64,000 bases of DNA from Antedon mediterranea (lineage: Eukaryota > Animalia > Echinodermata): positions 27,782,437-27,846,436 of the forward strand of contig NC_092672.1 in the NCBI RefSeq assembly GCF_964355755.1, written 5' to 3'. This document shows positions 36,789 through 50,489 of this stretch, one piece after another. The first letter of the stretch is position 1. Each line of letters starts with the position of its first letter. The translations under genes were made by a program, and so were the position numbers. The notes beneath the pieces are model-generated. The model ran no database searches, had not been told where the DNA came from, and saw nothing but the letters and a program-made list of their open reading frames with translations.

Positions 36789-37717
36789 TTTTATCGATAT
36801 AAAAGGCGATATCTGTTATATTACATAGCCAACAACAAGTTGAATATCTACTGTACTGCTGGGTCGGGTGTAGCTAGACCTCCTTGTAATAAACCTGCCT
36901 AGGCATAGTTAGGCATTGCATTGCAAGAATAATATACAGATAATTACTAATTAATGATTACTTGGCAATAAAATAATCACTTAGGCCTAGTTCGTTTAAA
37001 TTAACAGAAGAATTTCCATCAATAAGCCTACATTAACAATAATAATATTATCAGCTAGGCCGAATAATTCGTCTTCTTGGTGGAGCCGAATCACCGGATG
37101 TTCAGCGCGTCGCGCGTAACAGTTTCAGTTTCAGTTTCAGTTTTATTTTTATTTTCCAATATAAACAAGTGTAATGAATATATGCAAAAATGGAAGGATG
37201 ACCAAAAAAGAGCAAAGCTCGTACAGTATTTGGCCACCTTAACAAAATAATTAATACATGATACAAACATAATTGAAGCACAGGACGAGACAATACTAGC
37301 TAAACATGTTGGCATATGAACAGGTTACTCTCGTGAGTATTATCCAATCACAAATGGTCTTTCAGTACATCTAGGGAGGACTAATAACAAATGAAGGCGC
37401 ATAGTTTAAATAGTTTAGTTGATTAATTTCTTCAAGCAAGTTGCGTGACGCAACCATTGAAACGTTGTCTTGTGATGCAGTTTCAACCAATCACGTTCAC
37501 GTATTTACATATATTATAATACATGTAATATTGTATAATATTGCATATCATTCGAATGAAATGGTTATCAGTGTAACTATGGAGAATTATTATATATTGT
37601 AACAGACAAAGACACTTTTATTCTAACAAATATAATCCAAACATTCCTACATAGTTAAAGTCACCTATTGCACATGCGCGCTTTAAACATAATCTGTATC
37701 AGACTGCATCCTTGTAC

Positions 37718-37817
37718 CAGGGAAGAGTTAAATTACTAATTAATTTAACTCTTCTATAAAAACTCATGGCTATAAAACATGAAGAGTTAAATTACTAATT
37801 AATTTAACTCTTCACTG
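37718..37817. mobile_element. 100-bp double-hairpin member of the micro-MITE family, 7-bp TSD
   Basis: cagggaagagttaaatt...aatttaactcttcactg flanked by cttgtac at 37711-37717 and 37818-37824. Confidence 0.8.
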
Positions 37818-37964
37818 CTTGTACAAACACCATTGTTGGTTATGATGTAGTGAATTGAAAGAGATGATTATTGATTATGCACTGTTATCCGACGAGGTAA
37901 CCCAATTGTTTATTTCAACGGTATCTTAGTTACAATGTAACCTTAATTTAACGATTAAATAAAG

Positions 37965-38310
37965 TTGTCGAAAAAACTCTTTTGTCATTGTAGGCGTATT
38001 TTCATATTATGTACCTACATAATACACATACATATTTTATTCTTTAACAACAAAACTGACATGGCTATAAAAACCTGAAGTTGTAGATGTTTTTGTGAGC
38101 GAACACCATAAAAAATATTTTAATACGCCTAAAACGACAACTTTATTGCTTATTGAAATATAAAATATAAATTTGTCGAAAAAACAGTCATTTTAGGAGT
38201 ATTTTCATATTATGTACATTATACAAAAAACGCATATGTGCGTACATATTTTATTTTTTAACAACAAAAAACTGACATGGCTATAAAACATGAAGCTGTA
38301 GATGTTTATG
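37965..38310. repeat. two-copy tandem duplication (about 210-bp period)
   Basis: ttgtcgaaaaaa...gtattttcatattatgtac...aacaacaaaa(a)ctgacatggctataaaa..tgaag.tgtagatgttt occurs twice. Confidence 0.7.
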
Positions 38311-38799
38311 TAAGCTAAAAAAGTATTAAAAGAAAGTATTGATTGACAAAATGCAGAGAGTCACTGACAGAGGGCGTGTTATTTAATATTTCCGGCCTAA
38401 ACTATCAAACGTTACGTGACAAAAAAAAGTGATGTGCCCAAATATGGACATGATGATCTCATATCACTATAATGATTGGTTATATCACTACTATATTTGG
38501 GCACATCACAATTTGTTGTCAAACTAGTTTGATAGTGTTGACAGAGCTTATGAATATAATAAAATGTTATAACGTCACCGATATATCGATTCGATGAATG
38601 TTCTGTTTGTATATAAGTGCAATGCAAATGACGACGCGTGGATTCGAAATCCCATCGCAGGCCATTGATCTGGGTATCGAAAATTGTATTTCTCGAGTAA
38701 GTTTCCGTGTCGACACAAAGCAATCTGGAGACGCACGGTGGAGAAAGAAAGAGATTAGGCTGGATATCATGGAATGAAGCTAAAGCAAAACTTAAAAAA

Positions 38800-39475
38800 A
38801 TAACGGTAAATAAAAATTTTAAATCAAAATTACAAACGACTCAAAACAAAATGGTTCGTTTTATAAAAAAGTTAGGTCCCCGATCTCATGTTGGTCAATC
38901 TCAGCTAAACGACGTTGGTATGTTAAAAGTCCAAGACCGTGTCGAATTTCTTAGAGTCTGTCATGTTTTTAAAATATTTAATCATTGTTGTCCACCTTAT
39001 TTATGCAATCGTTTTATTAGAATTTCAGACAGTCATAATTACAATACTAGGGGATGCAATTTTAATTTTAGAATCCCAACTATCAAGCCAATGGCACATG
39101 TGACCTTTTTTTACAATGCTATTAAAGAATGGAATAATTTACCAATTAACATTAAGGAATCACAAACTGTTTGTTGTTTTAAAAGTAAAGTTAAAAAGTA
39201 TCTACAGGAACGTTCACTAGCTCTAGAAACTATTTAATAAGCGCTTCTTCTTTTTTCGATTGTCCTATTTTGCTGTTTTTTGTAATTTTTATATGTTGCA
39301 TTGTTTGTCTTTTTTGCTGTTCTTTCAAAGGACCTCATTGGAAACAAGTCCGTAGAGGACTTTTATGAGTTATCCTTGGCATCCTTGTTTTATTTTGGTA
39401 TTTTTATATTTGCCAATTTTAATTGTATGTCTGTGATATTTTATGTACTGATGCCGAAATAAATCAAATCAAACT
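38800..39475 (+). mobile_element. 3' fragment of a CR1/L2-group LINE
   Basis: KLQTTQNKMVRFI...P.YL...HNYNTRG...FFYNAIKEWNNLP...FKSKVK; tail aaataaatcaaatcaaa. Confidence 0.82.
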
Positions 39476-41096
39476 GGTTGAAGAGAACATCTTGTAGCCT
39501 TATGGGCGGGACAATCTGTCCAAAAAGGATATTGTTAGAGATGTATTTTCCCCAAAAAACCTGAAAAATAAAGATTAATAAAATCTTTGGATTGGCCAAT
39601 TTACAGTTTTAATAAAGTTACAAATCAAAAAAAATAATTATTTCACTTATGAACAGACAAAAGAAACGGTTAACTATTAATAACATTCAGAAATATATAT
39701 ATATATATATATATATATCCTTTTCGATCCAGTTTGGTCAACTATTATGTGACATTATAATGGCATATTAAACAAAAAATATTTTAAAAAACCAACATTT
39801 TTAGGGGACAATATATCTTTAGGTAAGGTAATTTCCGTGCAGGAACTGGCGTTTCGAGACAAATCCAGTGATATTGCTGGTACTCGATATTGGGACGTCT
39901 AGATCTTATGCTTATTTGTGATTTTTTTCCATTCTCCTAAAATTCTGAGTAAAATGCTAAAGTATAATTAACCAGCAGTTGGTCGTCGTCGCGTAACTCC
40001 TTAAATTCAGTTTGGAATTTTGTTAACGTAGCTAATTATTTTCAAATTGCTTACACAGTATGATATTTTGTTAGTCTTCTAATATGTGTTTAAAGCGGCC
40101 TGCTTAACGATGTGTTGTCTCTCAAAAACATGAAAATGAAGATTAATTAAATTAGACTTTGAATAGGTTAGTTTTTAGTTTCAATAAAGTTAATCATAAA
40201 TTTCATATGGAGTAAGTTCACCAGTGGCATTGTCATCGTCTGGTTTTACCCAAACTCTTCAGTTTTAATTCTAAGAGACCTTGCATTCAAAACACAGAAT
40301 TCAACTAGGGATCTATTATTAACTATAGGTCTAATATTAACACCAGTCGGCCCAGTATTATCATTTAGAAACAGTATAGAATTGAAAACAGTTTGAAATT
40401 ACGTTGTTTAAAAATATGTTTACCATGCACCACGACAGCCTCTCCTTCGCTCATTTCTATGAATATCATTCACCTTCAAACTTTCAAACACGGAAGAATC
40501 TGGGCGAACATAATTATACTGTAGACTAAGAAGAACCTTCTTACAGTAAAAAAAAATATTGTTTTCCAATAAGAAAATCAGCCACCGATTTGTATACAGT
40601 CCCTTTATAGAAAAGGAGGTCATAATCAGATTCAATCAGTGAAGTGAAGTAAAATAAAACACCAACCACAACTCACTAGGCCTAGGCCAGTCAATTCAAT
40701 CAAATCACAACGAGCCAACTGTACCATCGAGGGTGCGACAAGGTAGTGAAGCAGGTAAACAAAGAAACACAAACAATAGATACTGGGCCTAGCTTACAGC
40801 ACAGATTTTTTTATATCAAGTTTTAAGAAATAGTTAATTAACAAAATAATTAATTAACAAACTACTCCACAAGGTGTAGGAAATGGTATATATCAACTCA
40901 AGGGGAAAATAAATGCATACAAATGAAAATAAACACTGTACAAGGCCGCAGCTAATACAGTGTCAGATGTTCACAGTTGACAATTGCTGTATATTGCAAT
41001 TGCTGTTTATAAAATACAGAATAAATGATTATTATTATAGTTCTAGAACGAAAAATGTTCTTTTGTTTTATGAAAGAAAAATGTACGTTTTTCTAT

Positions 41097-42348
41097 AGGC
41101 CAAAAAAAAAAAATAGTTTGTTTGCTGTCATCCGCCGCCCCTAATTTCGCAAAAAAATTGGGGCGGAGATAAGAAAAAGTTTTTTTTTACGTTGAGGGCG
41201 CTTTAAAAAAAAGAAGTTTTTTTATGATTTTTTTTAAAAATCGAGTGTGCGAGGATGAAATAATAAAAATAATAACGTAGCGTATATTTCGGTGTATAAA
41301 CGCACTTTTGACACGCAAATTTAACCTCTAAATTAATTATACACCGAACATAAATGCCTCAACACACAGATATCGCCACCTCATTGGCTAGGCCTGGGCC
41401 TATTAGTATTACTAGGCCTAGTTAAAGTCTAAAGAGTAGGCCTAGCCTAGCTACAGTGTACTAGCGTAACGTAGCGTAACAGCAACCTGCTAGTTTTCAA
41501 GGCATTCTAGCGTGATTTTGTACTAAATATAATGACAAGATTTGTTCATTATGGAGCTGTTTTAGGCGCTCCGATAAAATTTCATTTGTAAACGTTTACG
41601 ATATTGGAATAGTATTAGGCCTATAGTTATACGCACGACCGTCGTACCCCCAGCGCGAACGAGCCCTTCTTGGCAACCACATTGTGTACACAGTATTCGA
41701 CTAGTATATTCTCCAGTTGATTATAGTATAGACCTAGCGTACACACTTCTAGGATACATAGATACTAATCGAATACGATTGTCCGTGAAAACGTGCGCCT
41801 CTCGATAAAAGGATCGAGCGAGGCTAGCCCACACACACACACGTGCGGTCATGCACTCGATGTTGCGGGTGCGAAACTCATGAATAACAAGTTAGAAAGA
41901 ACTGACGGAATGGGGGACTTCCCTTCTTGTTGAGGCTGGGCGCGGCCGTCTTATACATCGACGATATACAAAATACCGATATTTTACTCTCAGTTAGGGG
42001 GTGCGTCTTATACACCGAAATAATTATACGGTACACTAACTTCTAAAATATTTAATTAGGCCTGCTAACAACGACCTACTGTGTAGTAGGCCTAGCCTAG
42101 GCTAGTTTAGACACGGGGCCTATTAACGCGCCCAAAACAGAATTAAAGTGTGAAACAAATTATGAATAGATGTTTGAGCTCGTTGTTTTATTCAGTGTGT
42201 TTTGTTACTCTCAAATTCGCGTACAATTAACAGAGAAATTAACATTAAAAAAAAAAAAAACAAAAAAAAAAAAAAACTTTTTTCCCCCCGCCCCCCTACC
42301 AAAAAAAAAAAACTTGACAGCAAACAAACAATTTTTTTTTTTTGGCCT
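41097..42348. mobile_element. non-autonomous DNA transposon with about 33-bp TIRs, hosting a nested MITE
   Basis: aggccaaaaaaaaaaatagtttgtttgctgtca ... tgacagcaaacaaacaattttttttttttggcct. Confidence 0.75.
41280..42031. mobile_element. Tc1/mariner-pogo-type MITE, degenerate
   Basis: cgtatatttcggtgtataa.acgcac ... gtgcgtcttatacaccgaaata..atacgg, TA on both flanks. Confidence 0.7.
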
Positions 42349-42426
42349 TATCGTCGATCGTTATCGCCCTGCTACTGTAGTGTAAATGGGCCTTAAATCT
42401 GTCAATATAATGGCTCTGCTCGCGTG

Positions 42427-43243
42427 CAGAGCCATATATATAAAGAGTTACGACATTGAAAATTAGAAGCCATTTTTGTGTCAAAGAATTCGCACGCTGA
42501 GGGCGCGCGCGTTTCTTTTGTATAGCATTTTCCTGTAGTTCCATGCATTATTTTTAGATTTTGTTGTCAATGAAATAACGCTTAGATTCCGTTTTTATTT
42601 TAGTAAATAATGTTATTAATGGTATTAATTTGGTAACATATATATATTGTGTCTATAATAACAAAAGAATAAATGCTAGGGCCTACATGCAAGTCAGGAT
42701 ACATCAAAGCATGAACCAATACAAAAAACACACAAATTCACCCCTCTTTTTATACAGTATATGGCTCTCTGTGTGTTTTTGACACAAACTTTCAGAGACT
42801 CGTTCATCATTTCATTTGTAATAATTTGCCTTTATTATTTTAATATTGTTCATACCTATTCAATATATTAACAAATATATCCACGACACTTTATTATTTT
42901 ATTTAGTCATCAAAGCATGCATTATGAATTGAAAATATTACATAATTGTTATTAATGGGACGTAGTTATGGAATGTTTTGTTCCAAAATCAATCAATCGA
43001 ACGTTATAATGTACTAGCGTACGCGCGCGCAATATTCTTTGGCGCAAGTGGTTCTGTACGCTGTGCACGTCGATATTCCACCGTAAAATGCGCAATTACA
43101 TTTTTTTTAATATAAGAAAAAGTTTAAAGTAATTTCTTGCTCCTATACTTTACATGCATTAACGGAGACAAGTTTGACACAAATTGATCTGAATATCACG
43201 TGACTTAAATCCAATGTCGTAACTCTTTATATATATGGCTCTG
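42427..43243. mobile_element. MITE with CAGAG-starting about 32-bp TIRs and 8-bp TSD (P- or hAT-like)
   Basis: cagagccatatatataaagagttacgacattg ... caatgtcgtaactctttatatatatggctctg; TSD ctcgcgtg at 42419-42426 and 43244-43251. Confidence 0.88.
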
Positions 43244-44076
43244 CTCGCGTGTCATGAACACTGCCCTCAAACGTCAAAAAATAGTTGATTTTTTTTTTGC
43301 AAACGTTCTTTGATTGTTGAGCTTGTTTTTTTATTGTTCCACTTGTCCTTTGATTGTTCGACTTGTCCTTTGATTGTCCAAATTGTCCGTTGTTTTTGCT
43401 TATTCTTTGTTGTTTAACTTGACTGTTATGATAATATGTTTTGTTCTTTGTTTTCTATATTTGCCCTAATGGCCGCCCATATTTGACTATCGCTGGGAAA
43501 AGAATACCCTGGGGATTTACAAAAAATATTGATTTATTATTTCGTGCTTATTTTAGATGTTTGTAGGCTAGTTACCACAACGTCCAGGCCTAGTGAACCA
43601 CGTTGAAAACTGTATTGTATTTGTAGAAATAACAAAATCTGCTAATAATACAAATACAAACATTTTATTATTCATAAAATCACAAAATAAATTAATAGTA
43701 TGCACAGATTCAAGAAAATGATGAAACCGGTGCCTCGGTGCCAGTGTAAAGCCAGAGAACAAAAGCAGAGTATTGGAAACATAAAAAAAGAGTACAGTAA
43801 ATACTGTATGTATGCAGACGGTCACTTGATATTGTGTCTTTCTCGGCCTCTCACGTTACTTCTTGTTCACTACTCATCAGCTGATGTACATCACACCCGA
43901 TTCCATGCTCAATGCAACAGCAGTAATCGGCAACGTTTAGTTTACGCACAGCTAAATGCAGAATGCACCCAAAAAAGATGAGAATTATACACGTTAGTCG
44001 ATCATCACTGGAAAAAAAAATTGTTAAATTTACGGTAAAAAGCTGGCAACAGTTTTGCCAAAAAATATTTAAAATA

Positions 44077-44551
44077 CCGTAAAACCTCGAAAAGAAGCCC
44101 ATGGGCTTAAACCTCGAAAAGAAGCCCATCTCGAAAAGAAGCCCCCCTCTACAGTTTGCAAAAGTACTCTTGAAAAGAAGCCCATCTCGAAATGAAGCCA
44201 CATGGGCTTCTTTTCAAGATAGTATGGGCTTCATTTCGAGACAGACTACTCATACTGTATTGAGATGATGACGACATTATTGTATTTGACGGTGAATCAT
44301 AGGACTGTTTATTTTTGCTTTTTATATTGTTTTTTAATTGGTATATTAAACATAATTTCATGGTTGAAAAAATGTCTCAAAAGTCACATTATTGTAGTAG
44401 AAATTCACAAAATTTACAGCATTCATTTCGAAAAGAAGCCCCCTCTACAGTTTGCAAAGTACTCTCGAAAAGAAGCCCATCTCGAAAAGAAGCCCATCCA
44501 AGAGCACTAAAAAAAGAAAAAGCCCATGGGCTTCTTTTCGAGGTTTTACGG
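44077..44551. mobile_element. Tc1/mariner-pogo-type MITE
   Basis: Perfect TIR ccgtaaaacctcgaaaagaagcccatgggctt, TA TSD, subterminal cgaaaagaagccc repeats. Confidence 0.9.
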
Positions 44552-44559
44552 TATGTATA

Positions 44560-45470
44560 TTTATATTTGCTGTAATGAGACATTTTACAAAAAAATTCCC
44601 GGAAGTATGACATATGATATAAAACCTGTATCCGAGTCATTTGAGGCCAAAACAAAGTCTGTACATACATTTTAGTTGCATTATATGCAAATATTGAGAA
44701 ATAATAATAATAATAATAATAATTAATAATAATAACAATAATAATAATTAAAAAAAAAACCAAACCGAAGTAAGGGGATACGCCTTTGTCGCTAACCAGG
44801 AATCGGTCTAATTGAACCCCGGTCAGCACCAGTTGTGTCGAGGGTCAAATGTCATACTTCCGATCAATTTTTTGTAAAATGTTTCATTGGAGCAAATATA
44901 AATATGTACATTCTGAATACGGCTGTGAACAAATCAACACTCGGTTTTCGAGATATGGCAACGCTGTAATTTCACTCCCTAATTTGCATATTTAATGTTA
45001 CTTGTACTACTAATTTGCATACTTTTGAGGTGCGTGACGAAGGTGTGATTTAGGAATTATAATACAGTTCTATGGTGGGTATTGAAAAACAACAATATCC
45101 AAGTCATTGAGTCCAAAATAAAGTCTCTACAGACATTTAATCACATATTTATGCAAATATTGAGAAACCGGGTCAAGGGTAAAAATTTGGTACTTCCGGA
45201 CATTTTTTTTGTAAAATGTCTCATTAGAGCAAATATAAATATATTATTCTGAACCACACTGTCCAAAAATGAACTCTCTACAATTAGTAGTTTTTAAGAT
45301 ATGGTAACTCTGTTATTTCACCCTAATTTGCATACTTAAGCTAACTTGCATAACTTCGGGATGAGTGTCAGAGGTGTGATGCTAAAAAAATAATCATCTT
45401 ATCATATGTAACCATTTAAAAAAAATCTCTGTTAGCAATTTGTTTCACTCAAAATGCTAGATTGACTAGC
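44560..45470. repeat. repeat with about 350-bp internal units and a defined terminus (possibly Academ-like transposon end)
   Basis: Units containing aatgtttcattggagcaaatataaatatgtacatt; ends tagattgactagc, as does 58945-60014. Confidence 0.55.
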
Positions 45471-45559
45471 CTAATATAGAATTGCATTTGTTTTAGTCAA
45501 GCATATTTTCGTTTAACAATGCATATTCTCTCATACATTGTGTTTATACCTGTACATAT

Positions 45560-48430
45560 AGATAATTACAGGTCCATGGTATTTGTAGTCACTTACTTTC
45601 TTAACATTTTTTTATATTTATATATAATTCATTTACGTAACTTTTGTCAGTTTCGAATAAAAGTCTTTAAAAAACAACAGGAATATGTATGTTTACTGCT
45701 CTAATTATTCTGTTTATCTCTCTTCATAGTAGACATTTCACTGTTATACACTCAGCTACCATAACGTTTATCATTCTCAATAACATGGCATGTGTCACAA
45801 TTTGGAGAATTTACAAGGTTCCACTTATGTAATCTTTCATTTGTTGGCAAAATTCTGTGCAACAATTTAAAATTAAAATGTGCCAGCTTTTTTTCTTTAA
45901 GATCAGAAACTTTCTTAACCCATATTTTTTTCCATGGCATATTACCAAATATAAATTCCCACTCAACCTGTGCCGTTGGTTTTATGTAATGAGAATCTAT
46001 TATGAGTCTATATAATTGTCTATACGTCATATTTATGACCTTATTGTTTGTAATAGGTATATCATTTACAATAATGTCACATGTTGATTTTAAAATACAT
46101 TTCCATTCTTTTGGAATGGCTTTCAATATACAAGAATATTCACTGATCCAATTTTGTGTACATCTTAACCCTCTTTTTATCTCTATCGCAGGCTTAAACA
46201 CATTATTATTTCTTACATCACTTATTTTTAAAAGCCCTGGTCTAATCCAGTTATAGTTATATACCGGTTTCTGTTTAATACATATAAACGCATTACCCCA
46301 TAATGATTGATTAATAATCATCATAGCTTAGTGGTTCCTTATTTAATATATTATTACAAGCATTAGCTACTGCGATAGAATTAATAACCGAGAGATAAAA
46401 TGGTGGTATGGATATGTTACACGGAACTTTTGATATATTTGAGGTTAATGATTTTAGGCCTATTTTTCTACATAAAATGTTGGTAAATATTTCCATTTGG
46501 CGTCATCATTTTCATACAGTCTCCTGTACCATTTAACTTGGAAAGATATTACATGAGATCGGAAATCTACCATTTTTAGACCACCTTGACTGTAATTGGC
46601 GCACATGGATTTTCTTTTTCTTTTTTCCTTTTTAGTTTCCCAAATGAATTGAAAAATTAATTCATCCACCTCTTTTATTACTTTTTCTGGTACTTGTAAT
46701 ATGCTGGAAATGTATATAATGTTTGAGAGTGCTAATGTTTTAACAATAGTAATTCTTCCAAAAAAGTGAGGTGTCTTTTCTCCCATGTTTTTAGGGTATT
46801 TTCTAATGCATCAACTTTTTCTTTCCAATTCTTTTGATAACAATATTCCTTATCATGTCCAACATAGATACCTAATATCCGAATTGGTATGGATGTCCAA
46901 AAAATGTTACCATGTGTGTCCTTACATTCTCTTAAACTTCCAAGCCAAAAAGCATTATTAATTGTTTTATTCTTATTTAATTTTAATCCAGAAACCTCTC
47001 CAAACTTTTCAATAATACTTGTGCTATTATCTATACTATTTATATCCTTTAGAAAAAGTACAGTGTCATCTGCTAGCTGTGCAATCTTAATATCTTTAAA
47101 TATACCATTGTTATATCACATGTTCTTATTTTCGTAGCTAGGACTTCAGCTACTAGAGCAGACAGTGGACATCCTTGCATTATACCTTGATGCATGACAA
47201 AACTTTCTGATTTGAAAAATGGCCGCCATTTCAATACGAGGCAAAAAGTTAAGTGTCAACAGGGCTTAGAGTGATCAGAATGGTTTAATTAGGATATCTG
47301 GCTATGTTGACAGCCTCTAACATTCCACTCCCCCTAACTCATTTTTTTCACATTTTTTGCCTAGACTATTCCCCTTCTTTGTGACACAGACATTTCTTGT
47401 GTGACAAAAACATAATTTAGTGCATCGCAAAGAAGGTCACATATAAGGTAACAGAAGAGTTGATAAAACTCAACTGTTAAACCGTCATTGCCTGGAGCTT
47501 TATTTTTTTTTTCATTTTCTTTATTGCTTGCTCACATTCGAAGAGAGAGAGAGAGCTGACCCTCACACATCTCTTTTCCCGCCTCTGTGAGTTTAGTTAA
47601 ATTAACATGAGATAGGTACTTATCAATTGATTTGTATGGAACATCATGTTTAGCATATATTTTTTTTAAAGAAATTAACCTCTTCCTTCAATATCTCTGT
47701 GGATTTTGATATAATGGATCCATCCTGTTTTTTTAATTTTTTAATATGCTTTTTATTGCTATTATTTTTCTCTAAACCAAGAAAATATTTAGTGTTTCGT
47801 TCGCCCTCTTCTATCCACCTTACTCTTAATGACCTAATTTAAGTACCTTTAGCTTCCAATAGGTAAATTTGCTCAAGTTCAATCTTTTTTTGATCTAATT
47901 CTGTTTCATACTGGATATTATTATCGGTATTATCCTTTTTTATAACTAAATCATTAATGATAGGAATTTCCTGTTTAAGTATTTCTTTTCTTCTGCATTT
48001 ATTTTTATTTTTCATTTTCCCATATTTTATAGAGAATTCCTTTATTTTTACCTTAAACATTTCCCATTTATTCTTTGTGTCAAATTATTCTAATCTAGCT
48101 CTTTTAATTATGTTTTTGATGTTGTTTATATAATCTTCATTATTAATTGTTCATTTTCCATAATCCCGGGCCTCTTTTTTTCATTAGTTATTTAGTAACC
48201 TATTTTTAAGGATATGGCTTGGTGATCAGACATGATTGACGGCCTGATATCACATTTGTTACATATTCACATAAGTCGTTTGATATAAAAAAAATAGTCC
48301 AACCTTCTGTACGTTTGGATTGATTTCCTTCACCATGTGAATTGACATGTATACGGGTTATTTATCTCCAGATATCATTAAGATTAAGTTTTTTCATAAA
48401 ATGTTTTGTTTTAAAAACAGAATTATCTAC
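45560..48430 (-). mobile_element. Tx1/L1-type LINE ORF2, fragmented (endonuclease end, RT, zf-RVT)
   Basis: RRLDYFF..SDHQAI (about 48220-48310), QGCPLS (about 47170), QLADDT (about 47065), GGLKMVD, FNFKLLHRILPTN..C..C; interrupted at about 47210-47480. Confidence 0.87.
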
Positions 48431-48529
48431 TCTATAGACACTACCTTTTTGGTCAAATGTTTTCTCCTGATAACATTAAGATTAAGTTTTTTCATAAAAT
48501 GTTTTATTGTAAAAACAGAATCATCTTTG

Positions 48530-49530
48530 AGCCTCGAGTGATATTTGGATGCTAATTTTAAAAAGGAGTGGCGGTCTATATTTTCGTAACCATTCAAAAA
48601 CTTAAAAACTTCAATGAGGTCTCCACGTTCCCTTCTTTCCTGTAAAGTTGGTAGACCAAGCTGTATCCTGCGCTCTTCATAAGGCACATTTCTGAGTTAT
48701 GGTACAAGTTGTATTGCTCGTTGTTGGATTTTCTCAAGTTTATTGATGTCTTGTTGTAGATATGGTGACCAGGCTTGAACTGCATACTCCATAACCGGAC
48801 GCACAAGGGAAGAATAAAGCGAAATAAACATCTGTTTATCCATATGTAAAGGATTTCCGTATTCGGCCTACAATTGAATTGGCTTTGGCTGCAACTTTAG
48901 AAAATTGTGTTGACACTTTAAAGTCAGACGTTACATAGACTCCGAGGTCTTTCTCAACGGAGGTTGTATCAAGAACTGTACCATCAATTGAATAAGTGTG
49001 TTTTGAATTTCTATTTCCAATGTGCATTACCTTACATTTAGATTTATTAAACTCCAGTAGCCACTTCTTACTCCACTGCTCAAGTTTACTCAAGTCATTC
49101 TGCAGGGCATCTCGGTCATTAACTGAACCAATCTTACGAAAAATCTTAGCATCGTCTGCAAATAGTTTACCATCTGATTCAATATTATCGAGTAGATCGT
49201 TGATTTAGACTAAAAATAAAGCCGGACCAATAACTGTGCCTTGAGGCACGCCACTGAACACTGGTAACCAACTTGAAACCGAACCTTTGATTGAAACACG
49301 TTGACGTCTATTTTCTAAAAATCCACTTATCCAACTTAGAATATTACCTTTACAGTCCAAGTATATAACATCAACGGGATGTCTGTCGGCGAGAGCATTT
49401 TCTACATCACGAAAAAATTGTGTTAAACAAGAACGATTAGTACGAAATCCATGTTGATGTTTGGTGAGTATATTTTTGGTTTCGAGATGGATCATGATTG
49501 TGTTAGTTATGATTTTTTCTAATATCTTAA
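48530..49530 (-). mobile_element. CR1-type LINE RT fragment (downstream part)
   Basis: QHGFR..RSCLTQ, SGVPQGTVIGP.LF, LFADD, EKDLGV, LPTLQERRERGDLIE.FK. Confidence 0.88.
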
Positions 49531-50375
49531 TGTAACTGCCCTAAAAATAATGCGAGTGATAGTCGTTATTCAAGTCCAACACCCAAAGTGCTCCTTTATT
49601 CCTGTTTCTTGAATGTGAACCAGATTACTAAAAACAAAACATAACAATGACCTATAAATGCATGTCTAGCAATATATGTGGCTCCTTAAGCGTCAAACTG
49701 AAAAGTTTTGTATTTAAGTTAAAACAAACAATATAAAAGACGATCCCTTAAACTAATTAAAAATGCAAAACCGTGTCGTCATAGCAACCGATAACAAAAT
49801 CCTTGCGGTTAACTCCTCCTACAACGACGCGACACCTACATGCCAGACATTGTACAGCTATACGTAAATCAATTAAAATGATCACATGAACTATAAAGTT
49901 TTGCGAAGATTATCATAACTATAGTATCCAGGTGCTTAATGCAATGCAGTAACTTTAACAATGAATTATAAATACTAATACTTAGTAAATGATTAAATTA
50001 AGGTACAACAGGTCAAAGCCATATCTCATCAATATAATAGGCCTAGGCCTAGCTAGGTAACATAACCGAAATTAATGGCGTCTCAATAGAACTTGGCCTA
50101 ATAACATTAAATCTGTATGAGTTATTGATCAATAAATGTAGCGGAATGCAGCTTACCGAAAATAGCAAAGTCACCCGCTATCTGCAGTACATAAACAATT
50201 CAAGTAAATATCAAAAATTAAACAATATGTCAATATCCTATAATTAAAGTCACTAGCTGTGATCATACATCCTCTCCTCTCTAATGCAAGATACCTCTCC
50301 TCACATGGTCCTAAAATGACGTCATTTTCTTAATAATGCGCCCTCTCTAAATATGAACTAGTTTGGGACCAAACA
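49531..50375 (-). repeat. 3' LTR (845 bp)
   Basis: Direct repeat of 53863-54706, preceded by the PPT on the minus strand. Confidence 0.95.
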
Positions 50376-50489
50376 TCCCGGCCCCTCTAATGCTATACTG
50401 AATTCAGGCATTAGCAAACATAGTTATCAATTTAACAATAAATACATTAATGTAACAACAATTTAACAATCTATTAAACAGCATCTGAA

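Noticed and set aside
39693-39718. (AT)n run as an element boundary
   Set aside because: Simple microsatellite with no associated structure.
40420-40800. Short minus-strand ORF and slightly GC-richer patch
   Set aside because: No recognisable motif and no partner exons.
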